The notes under the pieces are model-generated. The model saw nothing but the letters and a program-made list of their open reading frames with translations. It made no database searches and was not told where the DNA came from. Below are positions 12,175 through 25,209 of a DNA stretch of 64,000 bases, piece after piece (position 1 is the first letter of the stretch; each line of letters begins with the position of its first letter). The position numbers and the translations under genes were made by a program. The stretch is taken from assembly GCA_964016885.1 (NCBI GenBank), contig OZ024746.1, positions 6,200,001-6,264,000 of the forward strand, in the 5' to 3' direction. The stretch comes from Eledone cirrhosa (Eukaryota).

Positions 12175-12765
12175 TGGTGGCTGCCAACTCGTTTTCGAGT
12201 ACGGCCACTACTTTATATCCATGTAGGAGAACCCTACCGATGCGCTGAACGAGTGTGACTTTTTAGTCCAGCCAGCGACTTGAAAACTCTGGTACAAACA
12301 CTACACTTGTGACAATTATTGACACATAGTGCTGGGCCCATGGTACCATGTGATGACAAGTGCAGAGAGAACTCCAGATATAAAGCAATGCCTGTGCCGT
12401 GAAGCTTTTATAGTGAGCAAAGGCACTGCACAAAGCCAGTCCCACTCTCTTAACCAAGATGATATTTACCAAAAAGAAGAACAAGTCAACATCGTTGGAT
12501 ACCATCAGGGTTGCAGGTGTTATATCAGAGTTTTCCTTCTCCTAGAATTCTGCCTTGACAAAGGCTAAGGGGTCATCTCTCCCCGTAATTTTGGATGGCC
12601 ATTGACTCTTAAGAGCTCCTTTGCCCTTTGACAGGTTTTGTTTTTAGTCCTGCAGGATGTCCAAAGTCACCCTCCTCACCAAGAAATCCTGGTGGGGTTG
12701 CCAGTTTAGTCGCCAACGACCCGACCATGAGACGGGTTGTACTGGGATACATGTTACTAGTAGCA
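12175..12765 (-). mobile_element. ~600-bp non-autonomous retroposon, copy 2 (right end truncated ~18 bp)
   Basis: Matches 5662-6270; (TACA)n flanks. Confidence 0.85.
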
Positions 12766-12913
12766 TACATACATACATACATACATACATACATACATAC
12801 ATACATACATACATACATACATACATACATGCATACATACATACATACATACATACATACATACATACATACATACATACATACATACATACATACATAC
12901 ATACATACATACA

Positions 12914-13523
12914 TGGTGGCTGCCAACTCGTTTTCGAGTACGGCCACTACTTTATATCCATGTAGGAGAACCCCTACCGATGCGCTGAATGAGTGTGACT
13001 TTTTAGTCCAGCCAGCGACTTGAAAACTCTGGTACAAACACTACACCTGTGACAATTATTGACACATAGTGCTGGGCCCATGGTACCATGTGACGACAAG
13101 TGCAGAGAGATCTCCAGATATAAAGCAATGCCTGCGCCGTGAAGCTTTTATAGTGAGCAAAGGCACTGCACAAAGCCAGTCCCACTCTCTTAACCAAGAT
13201 GATATTTACCAAAAAGAAGAACAAGTCAACATCATTGGATACCATCAGGGTTGCAGGTGTTATATCAGAGTTTTCCTTCTCCTAGAATTCTGCCTTGACA
13301 AAGGCTAAGGGGTCATCTCTCCCGGTGATTTTGGATGGCCATTGACTCTTAAGAGCTCCTTTGCCCTTTTGACAGGTTTTGTTTTTAGTCCTGCAGGATG
13401 TCCAAAGTCACCCTCCTCACCAAGAAACCTTGGTGGGGTTGCCAGTTTAGTCGCCAACGACCCGACCATGGGACAGGTTGTACTGGGATACATGTTACCA
13501 GTAGCACCAACTGGTGACCTGAC
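12914..13523 (-). mobile_element. ~610-bp non-autonomous retroposon, copy 3
   Basis: Matches 5662-6270; (TACA)n flanks. Confidence 0.85.
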
Positions 13524-13613
13524 ATACATACATACATACATACATACATACATACATACATACATACATACATACATACATACATACATACATACATACA
13601 TACATACATACAT

Positions 13614-14804
13614 TGCCTGCTGAACTGGTCATTGCAAGAACTAAGTGAGATGGATGTTAGAACTCGAAAACTTCTCAGTGTTACTGGGAACTTTAACATC
13701 AATAGTGATGTGGATAGGCTATACTTCTCACGCAAGGAAGGTGGCCGGGGTCTAAAATCAATATTAACAACATATGAGACCCGGATAGTAACACTGAAGC
13801 AACACCTTCAACAGAGGAAAAAGGTTGGCAACCATCTTGCCCAGGTTTATGAGCATGAAAAAAAAAATCATAAGAATAGCGACTGATCTGGATGAGAGAT
13901 ATGGAATAAAGCCTGATATAAATTTCTCACCCAGAGAAATCGGAAGACACTATTCAATGTTCAAACAAGATAAAGAAATTGACCAATTTACAGAAAAAGT
14001 TGTGCATGGATACTTGAGGCGTAAAACACAGACCATAGAGGGGATAAATCACTCAAAAAGCCTGGCTTGGAGTTCCGACAAGTTTATGACATCACACTTT
14101 GAGGGATATCTCTATGCAATACAGGAACAAGAACTCCATACCAAATATCTGCTGCACAAAAGAGGAGGGCCAGCAGCTGACAATAAATGTAAAACAAAGA
14201 TCGAGGATGTAAGCCACATTGTTGTCAGCTGCGAAAGAATATCATCTCGCTACTACCTCCCCATGAGACACGATGGGATAGCTAGAACCATCTGGAACGC
14301 ACTTCGGAAAACAAAATTAACAACAAACGAGGAAGAATATATTGAGACAGATGGAACTAAGGAATACTGGTGGACCTGAAAATAAAAACTGCCACCAAAT
14401 TAAAGCACAACCGGCCTGATATTGTTGTTTGGGACCAGACATTGAAAACGTGTTCTGTTGTGGAGGTCAGCTGCCCACTTGATGTAAAGGTTGTCAGAAA
14501 AATACAGGAGAAGGAGGACATCTATGGACCATTCCAAGATACACCTTTAGCTTCATACCCATCATTATTGGTGCTACGGGTTATATACCAACCCGCTTGT
14601 ACCAAAGTATGATTGAACTTGGATTTGCGAACAAAAAGCGCAGCTACCTAATTCATAGTCTACAAATGGCTGCGATAGCTGGCACCTTCAAAATTTGCAA
14701 AACATTCTTGCGATTCAAGAGATGACAATTTCTTTTCTTTTACAACCTTGCGACCAGGAAGGTGGCCGGTCAAAAATATACTTGAAATTAAGAGAAAGAG
14801 ATAA
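13614..14804 (+). pseudogene. R4/Dong-like retrotransposon copy 2, 5'-truncated, with frameshifts and deletions
   Basis: Matches ~10890-12120; ORFs 13632, 13825 and 14370 are broken pieces of the same protein; (TACA)n flanks. Confidence 0.9.
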
Positions 14805-14830
14805 CATACATACATACATACATACATACA

Positions 14831-15438
14831 TGGTGGCTGCCAACTCGTTTTCGAGTACGGCCACTACTTTATATCCATGTAGGAGAACCCTACCGATGCG
14901 CTGAACGAGTGTGACTTTTTATTCCAGCCAGCGACTTGAAAACTCTGGTACAAACACTACACTTGTGACAATTATTGACACATAGTGCTGGGCCCATGGT
15001 ACCATGTGACGACAAGTGCAGAGAGATCTCCAGATATAAAGCAATGCCTGTGCCATGAAGCTTTTATAGTGAGCAAAGGCACTGCACAAAGCCTGTCCCA
15101 CTCTCTTAACCAAGATGATATTTACCAAAAAGAAGAACAAGTCAACATCATTGGATACCATCAGGGTTGCAGGTGTTATATCAGAGTTTTCCTTCTCCTA
15201 GAATTCTGCCTTGACAAAGACTAAGGGGTCATCTCTTCTGGTGATTTTGGATGGCCATTGACTCTTAAGAGCTCCTTTGCCCTTTGACAGGTTTTGCTTT
15301 TAGTCCTGCAGGATGTCCAAAGTCACCCTCCTCACCAAGAAACCTTGGTGGGATTGCCAGTTTAGTCGCCAACGACCCGACCATGAGACAGGTTGTACTG
15401 GGATACATGTTAACAGTAGCACCAACTGGTGACCTGAC
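14831..15438 (-). mobile_element. ~610-bp non-autonomous retroposon, copy 4
   Basis: Matches 5662-6270. Confidence 0.85.
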
Positions 15439-15816
15439 ATATATACATACATATATATATACATACATTATAACATCAAAATAAATAGCTATTGAATTAT
15501 TACTCAAATAAAATGATTTCATTCATTTTTTCTTCAGGTTAAAGGTAATAGAAATCATTCTTAAATTTAATTGAATTAAACCTCTTCGTGAAGACATTAT
15601 TTCACATCTCTGATATCGTGGTATAATCAGTATCCAGTGAGATCAATTAATTTGTCCATTGAATAATGCGGCAGTCTTGTTCTTAATAAGAAGGAATCGA
15701 TATTTTATTAAATTCTCGTGAGTTTTCACACGTGATTAGTCATGAGCTATTGCTATAGAATCTCTAAGTTACTTCTATTAAATGATATCCTTATTCTCAT
15801 TATTAATTACCTTTCT

Positions 15817-16004
15817 GGGGCGGTGAATTGGCAGTATTGGTAGAGGGTCAGACATGCTATCCAGCATAGTTACGTCCCTTTACGATCTGAGTTCAAATCC
15901 CGCCGAGGTTAAGTTTGCCTTTCATCTTTACGGGGTCGATAAAATAAAGTACCAGTAATACACTGGGATAATTTCTGGCCTTGTGCCAAAAGTAGAAACA
16001 ATTA
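15817..16004 (+). mobile_element. tRNA-derived octopus-type SINE
   Basis: A box TGGCAGTATTGG, B box GAGTTCAAATCC, GGGGTCGATAAAATAAAGTACC core, AGAAACAATTA end. Confidence 0.85.
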
Positions 16005-16211
16005 ATTACATTTCTGATGCCTTGATAAAGTTATAACCACTCCAAATGTATCTATACTCATGTAGATATCGAAGAAATCATTATTATATTAATTTATTAC
16101 GTCTTAGAAAGTTGTAGAAGATGATTAATCAACTGCTTGAAATCAATTCAATATGTTTAGTTTCAATTCAGAAAGTGACCTAGCTTTTCAGATGAAAGAT
16201 ATGTTAAAATG

Positions 16212-18533
16212 TCTGCTGTTGTGATGTCAAATATTACTGTTGTGATATCCTATATGGTATTGTTACTGTTGTGATGTCATATCTTCTATTGTTACTCTTG
16301 TGATGTCATAACTTCTATTGTTACTGTTGTGATGTCCTATATTGTATTGTTACTGTTGTGATGTCATTGCTTCTATTGTTACTGTTGTGATGTCCTATAT
16401 TGTATTGTTACTGTTGTGATGTCATATCTTCTATTGTTACTGTTGTGATGTCATATCTTCTATTGTTACTGTTGTGATGTCCTATATTGTATTGTTACTG
16501 TTGTGATGTCATATCTTCTATTGTTGCTGTTGTGATGTCCTATATTGTATTGTTACTTTTGTGATGTCGTATCTTCTATTGTTACTGTTGTGATGTCATA
16601 TCTTCTATTGTTACTGTTGTGATGTCATATCTTCTATTGTTACTGTTGTGATGTCATATATTGTATTGTTACTGTTGTGATGTCATATCTTCTATTGTTA
16701 CTGTTGTGATGTCATATATTGTATTGTTACTGTTGTGATGTCATATCTTCTATTGTTACTGTTGTGATGTCCTATATTGTATTGTTACTGTTGTGATGTC
16801 ATATCTTCTATTGTTACTGTTGTGATGTCATATCTTCTATTGTTACTGTTGTGATGTCATATATTGTATTGTTACTGTTGTGATGTCATATCTTCTATTG
16901 TTACTGTTGTGATGTCATATATTGTATTGTTACTGTTGTGATGTCATATCTTCTATTGTTACTGTTGTGATGTCCTATATTGTATTGTTACTGTTGTGAT
17001 GTCATATCTTCTATTGTTACTGTTGTGATGTCATATCTTCTATTGTTACTGTTGTGATGTCATATCTTCTACTGTTACTGTTGTGATGTCCTATATTGTA
17101 TTGTTACTGTTGTGATGTCATATCTTCTATTGTTACTGTTGTGATGTCCTATATTATATTGTTACTGTTGTGATGTCATATCTTCTATTGTTACTGTTGT
17201 GATGTCATATCTTCTATTGTTACTGTTGTGATGTCATATCTTCTATTGTTACTGTTGTGATGTCCTATATTGTATTGTTACTGTTGTGATGTCATATCTT
17301 TTATTGTTACTGTTGTGATGTCCTATATTGTATTGTTACTGTTGTGATGTCATTGCTTCTATTGTTACTGTTGTGATGTCATATATTGTATTGTTACTGT
17401 TGTGATGTCATATCTTCTATTGTTACTGTTGTGATGTCCTATATTGTATTGTTACTGTTGTGATGTCATATCTTCTATTGTTACTGTTGTGATGTCCTAT
17501 ATTGTATTGTTACTGTTGTGATGTCATATCTTCTATTGTTACTGTTGTGATGTCATATCTTCTATTGTTACTGTTGTGATGTCATATCTTCTACTGTTAC
17601 TGTTGTGATGTCCTATATTGTATTGTTACTGTTGTGATGTCATATCTTCTATTGTTACTGTTGTGATGTCCTATATTATATTGTTACTGTTGTGATGTCA
17701 TATCTTCTATTGTTACTGTTGTGATGTCATATCTTCTATTGTTACTGTTGTGATGTCATATCTTCTATTGTTACTGTTGTGATGTCCTATATTGTATTGT
17801 TACTGTTGTGATGTCATATCTTTTATTGTTACTGTTGTGATGTCCTATATTGTATTGTTACTGTTGTGATGTCATTGCTTCTATTGTTACTGTTGTGATG
17901 TCATATATTGTATTGTTACTGTTGTGATGTCATATCTTCTATTGTTACTGTTGTGATGTCATATATTGTATTGTTACTGTTGTGATGTCATATCTTCTAT
18001 TGTTACTGTTGTGATGTCATATATTGTATTGTTACTGCTGTGATGTCATATCTTCTATTGTTACTCTTGTGATGTCCTATATTGTATTGTTACTCTTGTG
18101 TTGTCATATCTTCTATTGTTACTGTTGTGATGTCATATCTTCTATTGTTACTGTTGTGATGTCATATCTTCTATTGTTACTGTTGTGATGTCCTATATTC
18201 TATTGTTACTGTTGTGATGTCCTATATTGTATTGTTACTGTTGTGATGTCCTATATTGTATTGTTACTGTTGTGATGTCATATCTTCTAGTGTTACTGTT
18301 GTGATGTCCTATATTGTATTGTTACTGTTGTGATGTCATATCTTCTAGTGTTACTGTTGTGATGTCCTATATTGTATTGTTACTGTTGTGATGTCCTATA
18401 TTGTATTGTTACTGTTGTGATGTCATATCTTCTATTGTTACTGTTGTGATGTCATATCTTCTATTGTTACTGTTGTGATGTCCTATATTCTATTGTTACT
18501 ACTGTGATGTCAAGTATTGCTGTTGTGATGTCA
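16212..18533. repeat. 29-bp minisatellite with two main unit variants
   Basis: TGTTACTGTTGTGATGTC followed by ATATCTTCTAT or CTATATTGTAT; ~80 units. Confidence 0.97.
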
Positions 18534-18867
18534 AAGTATTTTATTATTTCTGAAACAATTCAGATGATGTTCTGTCAATTTATGAAATTTACAAAATAAA
18601 TCCTCAACAAATTAGAATATGTTCACTGTTAATATGAAATATGTATTGCTAAAATATAGAATTACGTGAAGGATTAAATCTACAATTCACTTTGTCTTTT
18701 ATATATGACAGATATTTCAATATAAACCTTTTCCCTCGTCAGATTTCCAAAATCAGATACAATGCAATGTTCCTTTTAAAGATTGTCAGAACGTCTTATA
18801 TGAATTAAAATAACTATTCAGTAAATACTCCAAGATCTTATGTAGTTTATTAATGTTAAATAAAATA

Positions 18868-19072
18868 ATGATTTCTACTCTAGGCATACGGCCAGCAATT
18901 TTGAGGAGGGGAAAATCGTTTAAATCGATCCCAGTGAATTACTGGCGCTTTATTTTATCGACCCCGTAAGGATGAAAGGCAAAGATAACCTCGGTGGCAT
19001 TTAAACTCAGAACGTAAAGTGCCACAACTCTATGCTGCAAAGCATAGTGTCTGACGCTCTATCAATACAGCC
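18868..19072 (-). mobile_element. tRNA-derived octopus-type SINE
   Basis: TTTTATCGACCCCGTAAGGATGAAAGGC core. Confidence 0.8.
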
Positions 19073-19939
19073 AAAATAGCAGTTATTTCTTTACAATGAG
19101 TCATTAAACCATTTCGTTCCTTAAGTTGGGTATCAAGAGAAGATGAACATGTTACAGGCCTTCATGACATAGATAGAAAGACAGTAACCAAGAAGTAATA
19201 TCGTTGTTGCTGCTTTTTGTAGCCTTGTTATAACAGATTGCGCATGTCTATTAGCAAAGACATTCAAGACGTGAATACATGATTTTTAGCGTTATATTCT
19301 CTAGTGTTATCAAACTTTTATTTGAAAAATGAAAAGAAAAGTGAAACTATTTCAAGAAACTTTATGGTATTTTGATATTCCTTTTTACAGATTAGCAGAA
19401 GCCATGGTTTTATTTTATCAACTATATTAACAGGAGTTATACAATCATGGAAATATTAAACTGAAATAAAAACAAAATTAAATAATGAAAAAATAAGAAC
19501 GAAAGGGTAAAGAAGGGCAGTTCTGGCTGTGTAATATAATAATAATAATAATGAAATTATTGTGTACAGTGCTCAGGTGCACTACAAAAAATAAAAAAGG
19601 TTATATGTACCTCTTAAACCGGGATTGAACCCAAGTCCAGGATCTCCACCGTCTCTATTACCTACCGCTAGACCACAAAGACAACATGAGAATGTAGTGG
19701 AAAGGACTATAAATACTATGAATATGAATAAAAAGAGGGAAAAAGCAAGGGCTATTGGGCAACGAGAGAATGAGAGGAAGAAGGGGAGAGGGTGGCAGAG
19801 TTTGTGCCTAAGTTGGGGCGTTTGAAACTTTAAGATGTTACGATGTGATTTGAGGGATATAAAGAAGCAATTTCTATAGATCGAGTGCCCATGTAGAGGT
19901 TCCGTCGTTAGCTTGTAAATAATTATGTTAACTGCCGGT

Positions 19940-20055
19940 CTGCGTTCAAATCCCGTCGAGATTAACTTTGCCTTTCATCCTTACGGGGTCGATAAAATAA
20001 AGTACCAGTAATGTCCTGGGTAATTGCTGGCCATGTGCCAAAAGTAGAAACAATT
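19940..20055 (+). mobile_element. SINE, 5'-truncated
   Basis: B box plus core plus 3' end. Confidence 0.8.
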
Positions 20056-20255
20056 ATGTTGTTAACTGCCGTGACTTGTTCTGAACGATATTGTTGGTAT
20101 TTTACATATAATACATTTATATTTCTTATTACTGCTGTGGCATTTCGTAATGAAGGGTTTCTTTCAGTTGAACAATTGTTTGACCAGAGCCTGACTCTGG
20201 GGTCAAAATCTCGTCGAACCTCTGCTGTTGTAATGACAGAATGTATATATATATA

Positions 20256-20330
<75 letters not shown>

Positions 20331-21155
20331 ATGTATGAATACACATATATATATATATATATACATATGTGTGTGTGTGTACACGAATGCTTGTATTTGA
20401 AAAATCGAGAAAAATGTTTTAAGTACCAATGCAATTACTTAGATTATTCTTTCTTTCTACTGTATGTTTCGCGATTATTGTATGCGTGTGCTTTTGTATG
20501 TGTGTGTGTGCCTTTGTATGTGTGTGTGTCTTTGTATGTGTATGTGCGTCTATGTGTCTGTGTGTAGGTGTTTGTGTGTGTGGAAGCATGATTTATTATA
20601 ATTATTAAAATTTAATTTTTATTTGTTAGAAGTCTTATTATAATAAATATGTAATAGGTTTCTCCCATTATTTAAACTTTCCTCCACAAAGTCAACTTAT
20701 ATTTTATCTGTTTTACAGCAACCCTTCTTTCCTATTTTCCTTTCCTCTTTCGTTTTCCGATGTAGAATATTCTTACCAATGTCCTTCAATATTTCCAAAT
20801 TTTTTTTCTGTTTGTTTCCCTTTTTTAATTACTTTTTAATTATTTGTCTCACTAGCTCTTTTTGATTACCAAATGCAAGGAATACTCGATACTGCTCCTT
20901 GTCCTTCGTGGCTCTATAGGGATGTTTAAATTAAATTAATAAATATTTTTATCAAAGACAAATCATATTTCTATAATACTTATTATGCTCCATGTAATTT
21001 GTAAGATCCTTTTTAGTTACTCGGCCAGCGAGTTCTCCTAAAACTTATGAAAAATTCAACAGGAGAATATTGTCTTATTGTTCTTAACTAATTTCTTATT
21101 TTTCTTCCTTCCCCAAAGATTTCTATCCTATTTTTCCGTGTTATTATTTTACCAA

Positions 21156-21345
21156 TGGCGAGGGACTGGCAGTATTGGTAGAGGGTCTGATGCCATGCTT
21201 TCCAACAGAGTTACGTCCCTTTACGAACTGAGTTCAAATCCCGCCGAGGTTAACTTTGCCTTTCATCCTTACGGGGTCGATAAAATAAAGTACCGGTAAT
21301 ACACTGGGATAATTGGTGGCTTTGTGCCTAAAGTAGAAACAATTA
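21156..21345 (+). mobile_element. tRNA-derived octopus-type SINE
   Basis: Full A box, B box, core and tail. Confidence 0.85.
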
Positions 21346-21898
21346 TTTTACCATGTCTTTTCCCTGTTTATCGTACTTCTCACTGATGGCTATTGTTTAA
21401 ACATTTGGCTCTCGTACAACAATGGTGTACTTCTCTGTATGTCTATCTATGTATGTACGTACCTATGTATGTATGTATACATATAAGTATGAATGCGTGT
21501 ATGTATGTATGCGTGCATTTATGTATGTATGAATATATATATATATATTAATGTATGAATATATATGAATATATATAACTCGTCGCATGGACTGAGTGCT
21601 CTACCACTACGGATATTACCTTCCAGTGTTCTACCACTATATATATATATATATATATATACATTTAGAAACACACAGATACATGCGGACACACACATAT
21701 ATACATGAATGCATCCGCACCCAACTGTGAGTTAAGGGTGCCAACTTCACCGATGTTGCTCAATGAATGACTGGGACAGACCAATTCAGTTTGAACCAGA
21801 CTGAACCAGTATCAGAGTTAAAAATACATTATGAAGAGAGAAGAAACATTTAGATATAATTAGTAATAAAATGTATCATACCTAAACTGTTCCTAAAT

Positions 21899-21986
21899 TC
21901 CTCGACTACGTAGTTTCGTGGCATAAACAAAAACAATATATCAAAGATATAGAGTCCTTGCGAGGTCTGCCGACTTATCAAGAGGA
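21899..21986 (-). ncRNA. Hammerhead ribozyme, U3-A8 variant (family A), inverted copy
   Basis: Reverse complement of 23036-23123. Confidence 0.7.
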
Positions 21987-23035
21987 TACCTCATTTTACT
22001 AGTCTCAAGAACGCGTCTACACGACGTGAGAAAGAATCCCAAAAGGCGGAGGGGGAGATAGTCACGCGATATAACGGTCGAGAAACAGAGCTAAGCCTCT
22101 TATAACCACGAAAAAAATACCACGGAGGCGGAGGGGGTATTCATATCGAGGCCGTAGAAGAGGGAGTGAAGAAGGCGAGAAGTATGAGTAATGGAAGCTT
22201 TCCAGTTGTCCCCACACTTCAAAGATTGCTCGACCAGAGGGAGTTATTAATACATTTAGAAACACACAGATACATGCGGACACACACATATATACATGAA
22301 TGCATCCGCACCCAACTGTGAGTTAAGGGTGCCAACTTCACCGATGTTGCTCAATGAATGACTGGGACAGACCAATTCAGTTTGAACCAGACTGAACCAG
22401 TATCAGAGTTAAAAATACATTATGAAGAGAGAAGAAACATTTAGATGTTCAAACTGAACCAGTATCAGAGTTAAAAATACATTATGAAGACAGAAGAAAC
22501 ATTTAGATATAATTAGTAATAAAATGTATCATACCTAGGAACAGTTTAGGTATGATACATTTTATTACTAATTATATCTAAATGTTTCTTCTCTCTTCAT
22601 AATGTATTTTTAACTCTGATACTGGTTCAGTCTGGTTCAAACTGAATTGGTCTGTCCCAGTCATTCATTGAGCAACATCGGTGAAGTTGGCACCCTTAAC
22701 TCACAGTTGGGTGCGGATGCATTCATGTATATATGTGTGTGTCCGCATGTATCTGTGTGTTTCTAAATGTATTAATAACTCCCTCTGGTCGAGCAATCTT
22801 TGAAGTGTGGGGACAACTGGAAAGCTTCCATTACTCATACTTCTCGCCTTCTTCACTCCCTCTTCTACGGCCTCGATATGAATACCCCCTCCGCCTCCGT
22901 GGTATTTTTTTCGTGGTTATAAGAGGCTTAGCTCTGTTTCTCGACCGTTATATCGCGTGACTATCTCCCCCTCCGCCTTTTGGGATTCTTTCTCACGTCG
23001 TGTAGACGCGTTCTTGAGACTAGTAAAATGAGGTA

Positions 23036-23123
23036 TCCTCTTGATAAGTCGGCAGACCTCGCAAGGACTCTATATCTTTGATATATTGTTTTTGTTTATG
23101 CCACGAAACTACGTAGTCGAGGA
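23036..23123 (+). ncRNA. Hammerhead ribozyme, U3-A8 variant core with 57-nt domain II (family A)
   Basis: TCCTC-TTGATAA-GTcGGCA...TGCCAC-GAAACTACGTAGTC^GAGGA; stem I TCCTC/GAGGA; palindromic stem III ACTACGTAGT; GUC site at 23116-23118. Confidence 0.72.
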
Positions 23124-23626
23124 ATTTAGGAACAGTTTAGGTATGATACATTTTATTACTAATTATATCTAAATGTTTCTTCTCTCTTCATAATGTATTT
23201 TTAACTCTGATACTGGTTCAGTCTGGTTCAAACTGAATTGGTCTGTCCCAGTCATTCATTGAGCAACATCGGTGAAGTTGGCACCCTTAACTCACAGTTG
23301 GGTGCGGATGCATTCATGTATATATGTGTGTGTCCGCATGTATCTGTGTGTTTCTAAATGTATTAATAACTCCCTCTGGTCGAGCAATCTTTGAAGTGTG
23401 GGGACAACTGGAAAGCTTCCATTACTCATACTTCTCGCCTTCTTCACTCCCTCTTCTACGGCCTCGATATGAATACCCCCTCCGCCTCCGTGGTATTTTT
23501 TTCGTGGTTATAAGAGGCTTAGCTCTGTTTCTCGACCGTTATATCGCGTGACTATCTCCCCCTCCGCCTTTTGGGATTCTTTCTCACGTCGTGTAGACGC
23601 GTTCTTGAGACTAGTAAAATGAGGTA

Positions 23627-23714
23627 TCCTCTTGATAAGTCGGCAGACCTCGCAAGGACTCTATATCTTTGATATATTGTTTTTGTTTATGCCACGAAAC
23701 TACGTAGTCGAGGA
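23627..23714 (+). ncRNA. Hammerhead ribozyme, U3-A8 variant (family A), second tandem copy
   Basis: Identical to 23036-23123; predicted cut after C23709. Confidence 0.72.
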
Positions 23715-23869
23715 ATTTAGGAACAGTTTAGGTATGATACATTTTATTACTAATTATATCTAAATGTTTCTTCTCTCTTCATAATGTATATATATATATA
23801 TATATATGTATATAAGTAAATAGATATATGTGTGTATATATATGTACACATAGACATACACATATATAT

Positions 23870-24366
23870 ATAAATGGAAAAGAATGAAACGAAATTTCAT
23901 TTCTCACTCTTAGTACGGCTGATACTTAAATGTAAGTATGTATGTATACGTACATACATATATGTATACAGACGTACAGTAGTATGTATATATATACATA
24001 CATGCACACATATATATATGTACGTATCGGTTTACCGAACATTTATTATAATGTTCGGTTTGCTTGTAAACAATAGCCCCAATTACGCCGTACAGTGTTT
24101 AGGCAACCATCGTCGCCTTTTTGTTCAACACTGACACAGGAACGATGTACTAGTTTCAAGCTTATTAGCTATCGTCAGCATCGTATACCTTCCTGCCAGA
24201 TGATTGAACGTCTGAAAGTATATACTTTCCTTATGCATATTAACGGCTGAGCAGCCTAATTTGCATATCGAGTGAGTTAGTCGGCCGGGCGCACCGAAAA
24301 CGATAAATGGAAAAGAATGAAACGAAATTTCATTTCTCACTCTTAGTACGGTTCATACTTAAATGT
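23870..24366 (-). mobile_element. Partial-tandem HHR element (family B), ~433-bp period
   Basis: ATGGAAAAGAATGAAACG block at 23874 and 24307 brackets one HHR. Confidence 0.7.
24142..24184 (-). ncRNA. Minimal type I hammerhead ribozyme (family B)
   Basis: ACGATG-CTGACGA-tAGCTaataAGCTt-GAAACTAGTA^CATCGT; perfect 6-bp stem I. Confidence 0.85.
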
Positions 24367-25209
24367 ATATATATTACATATCAGTAGAATAAAATGAAAA
24401 TTCCATCCCAACTGACGCATGATTTTAGCCATTTAAAGTGAATCTTGGTTTCCTTAAAACGTTTATAACTTTCTACTCCAGACATATATATGCAATCAAT
24501 AGATTCTAGCAAGCAAGCAGACCTACGTGATCAATACTTGACCTGCACTAATTTCACCTTTCTCAACCAGTTTGTATTTAACGGAATCGCCGCCTTCGTC
24601 TGGCCACCTCTTTCAAGTAATATTTAAAGACGAGTAAATCATAAAATAAGGATTTAATACATTTCTAATGATTCTTATATCGTGATAATAGAAATATTAT
24701 TATCAGCAAGAAAATCTATAACAATAATTTTAATAATGGTAGACCTCTTACAGAAATACCATAATTCGAAGGAAAAACATTTCTCTCTATATAAGCAAAG
24801 ATCAAATCAAATTTAAACTCCTTTATATTCCATATATATATATATATATATATCGAGAAAAACCATCTTTCCAAAACAACCTATCATGCAAAAAGAAAGA
24901 GAGACAAAGAATGGCTCAACCTCTCTAGAGTAAAAGTAGAAACAAAAGTCTGATTTTCGTTGAAAGAGATCAATAAAAGATGTCTACCACAAAATAAAAA
25001 ATAAAACAAGAAGTTAACATCAATATTTTGTTATGCAATCAACTGGAAAAGAGATCTATCACTCTTTGTCCGGCTGCTTGCTCGGATCTTATATCAATTC
25101 GGTGATATTTGGACATCTTACATAAATCCAACCTGAAAATAAATGTTTCAAGCATACAACAAATTCTAGATTGTATACTGATATTACTCCGATACTCTGC
25201 GATATGCAT

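Larger units (their letters stand above)
21660..23787. mobile_element. 591-bp-unit retrozyme-like / non-autonomous PLE array: ~1.3 inverted units plus ~2.1 direct units, in (TA)n
   Basis: Exact 591-bp period (22733 vs 23324; 23041 vs 23632); inversion centre ~22536; one HHR per unit; no meaningful ORF. Confidence 0.85.

Noticed and set aside
22733-22960. 75-aa ORF repeated three times
   Set aside because: No recognisable domain; repetition only reflects identical 591-bp units
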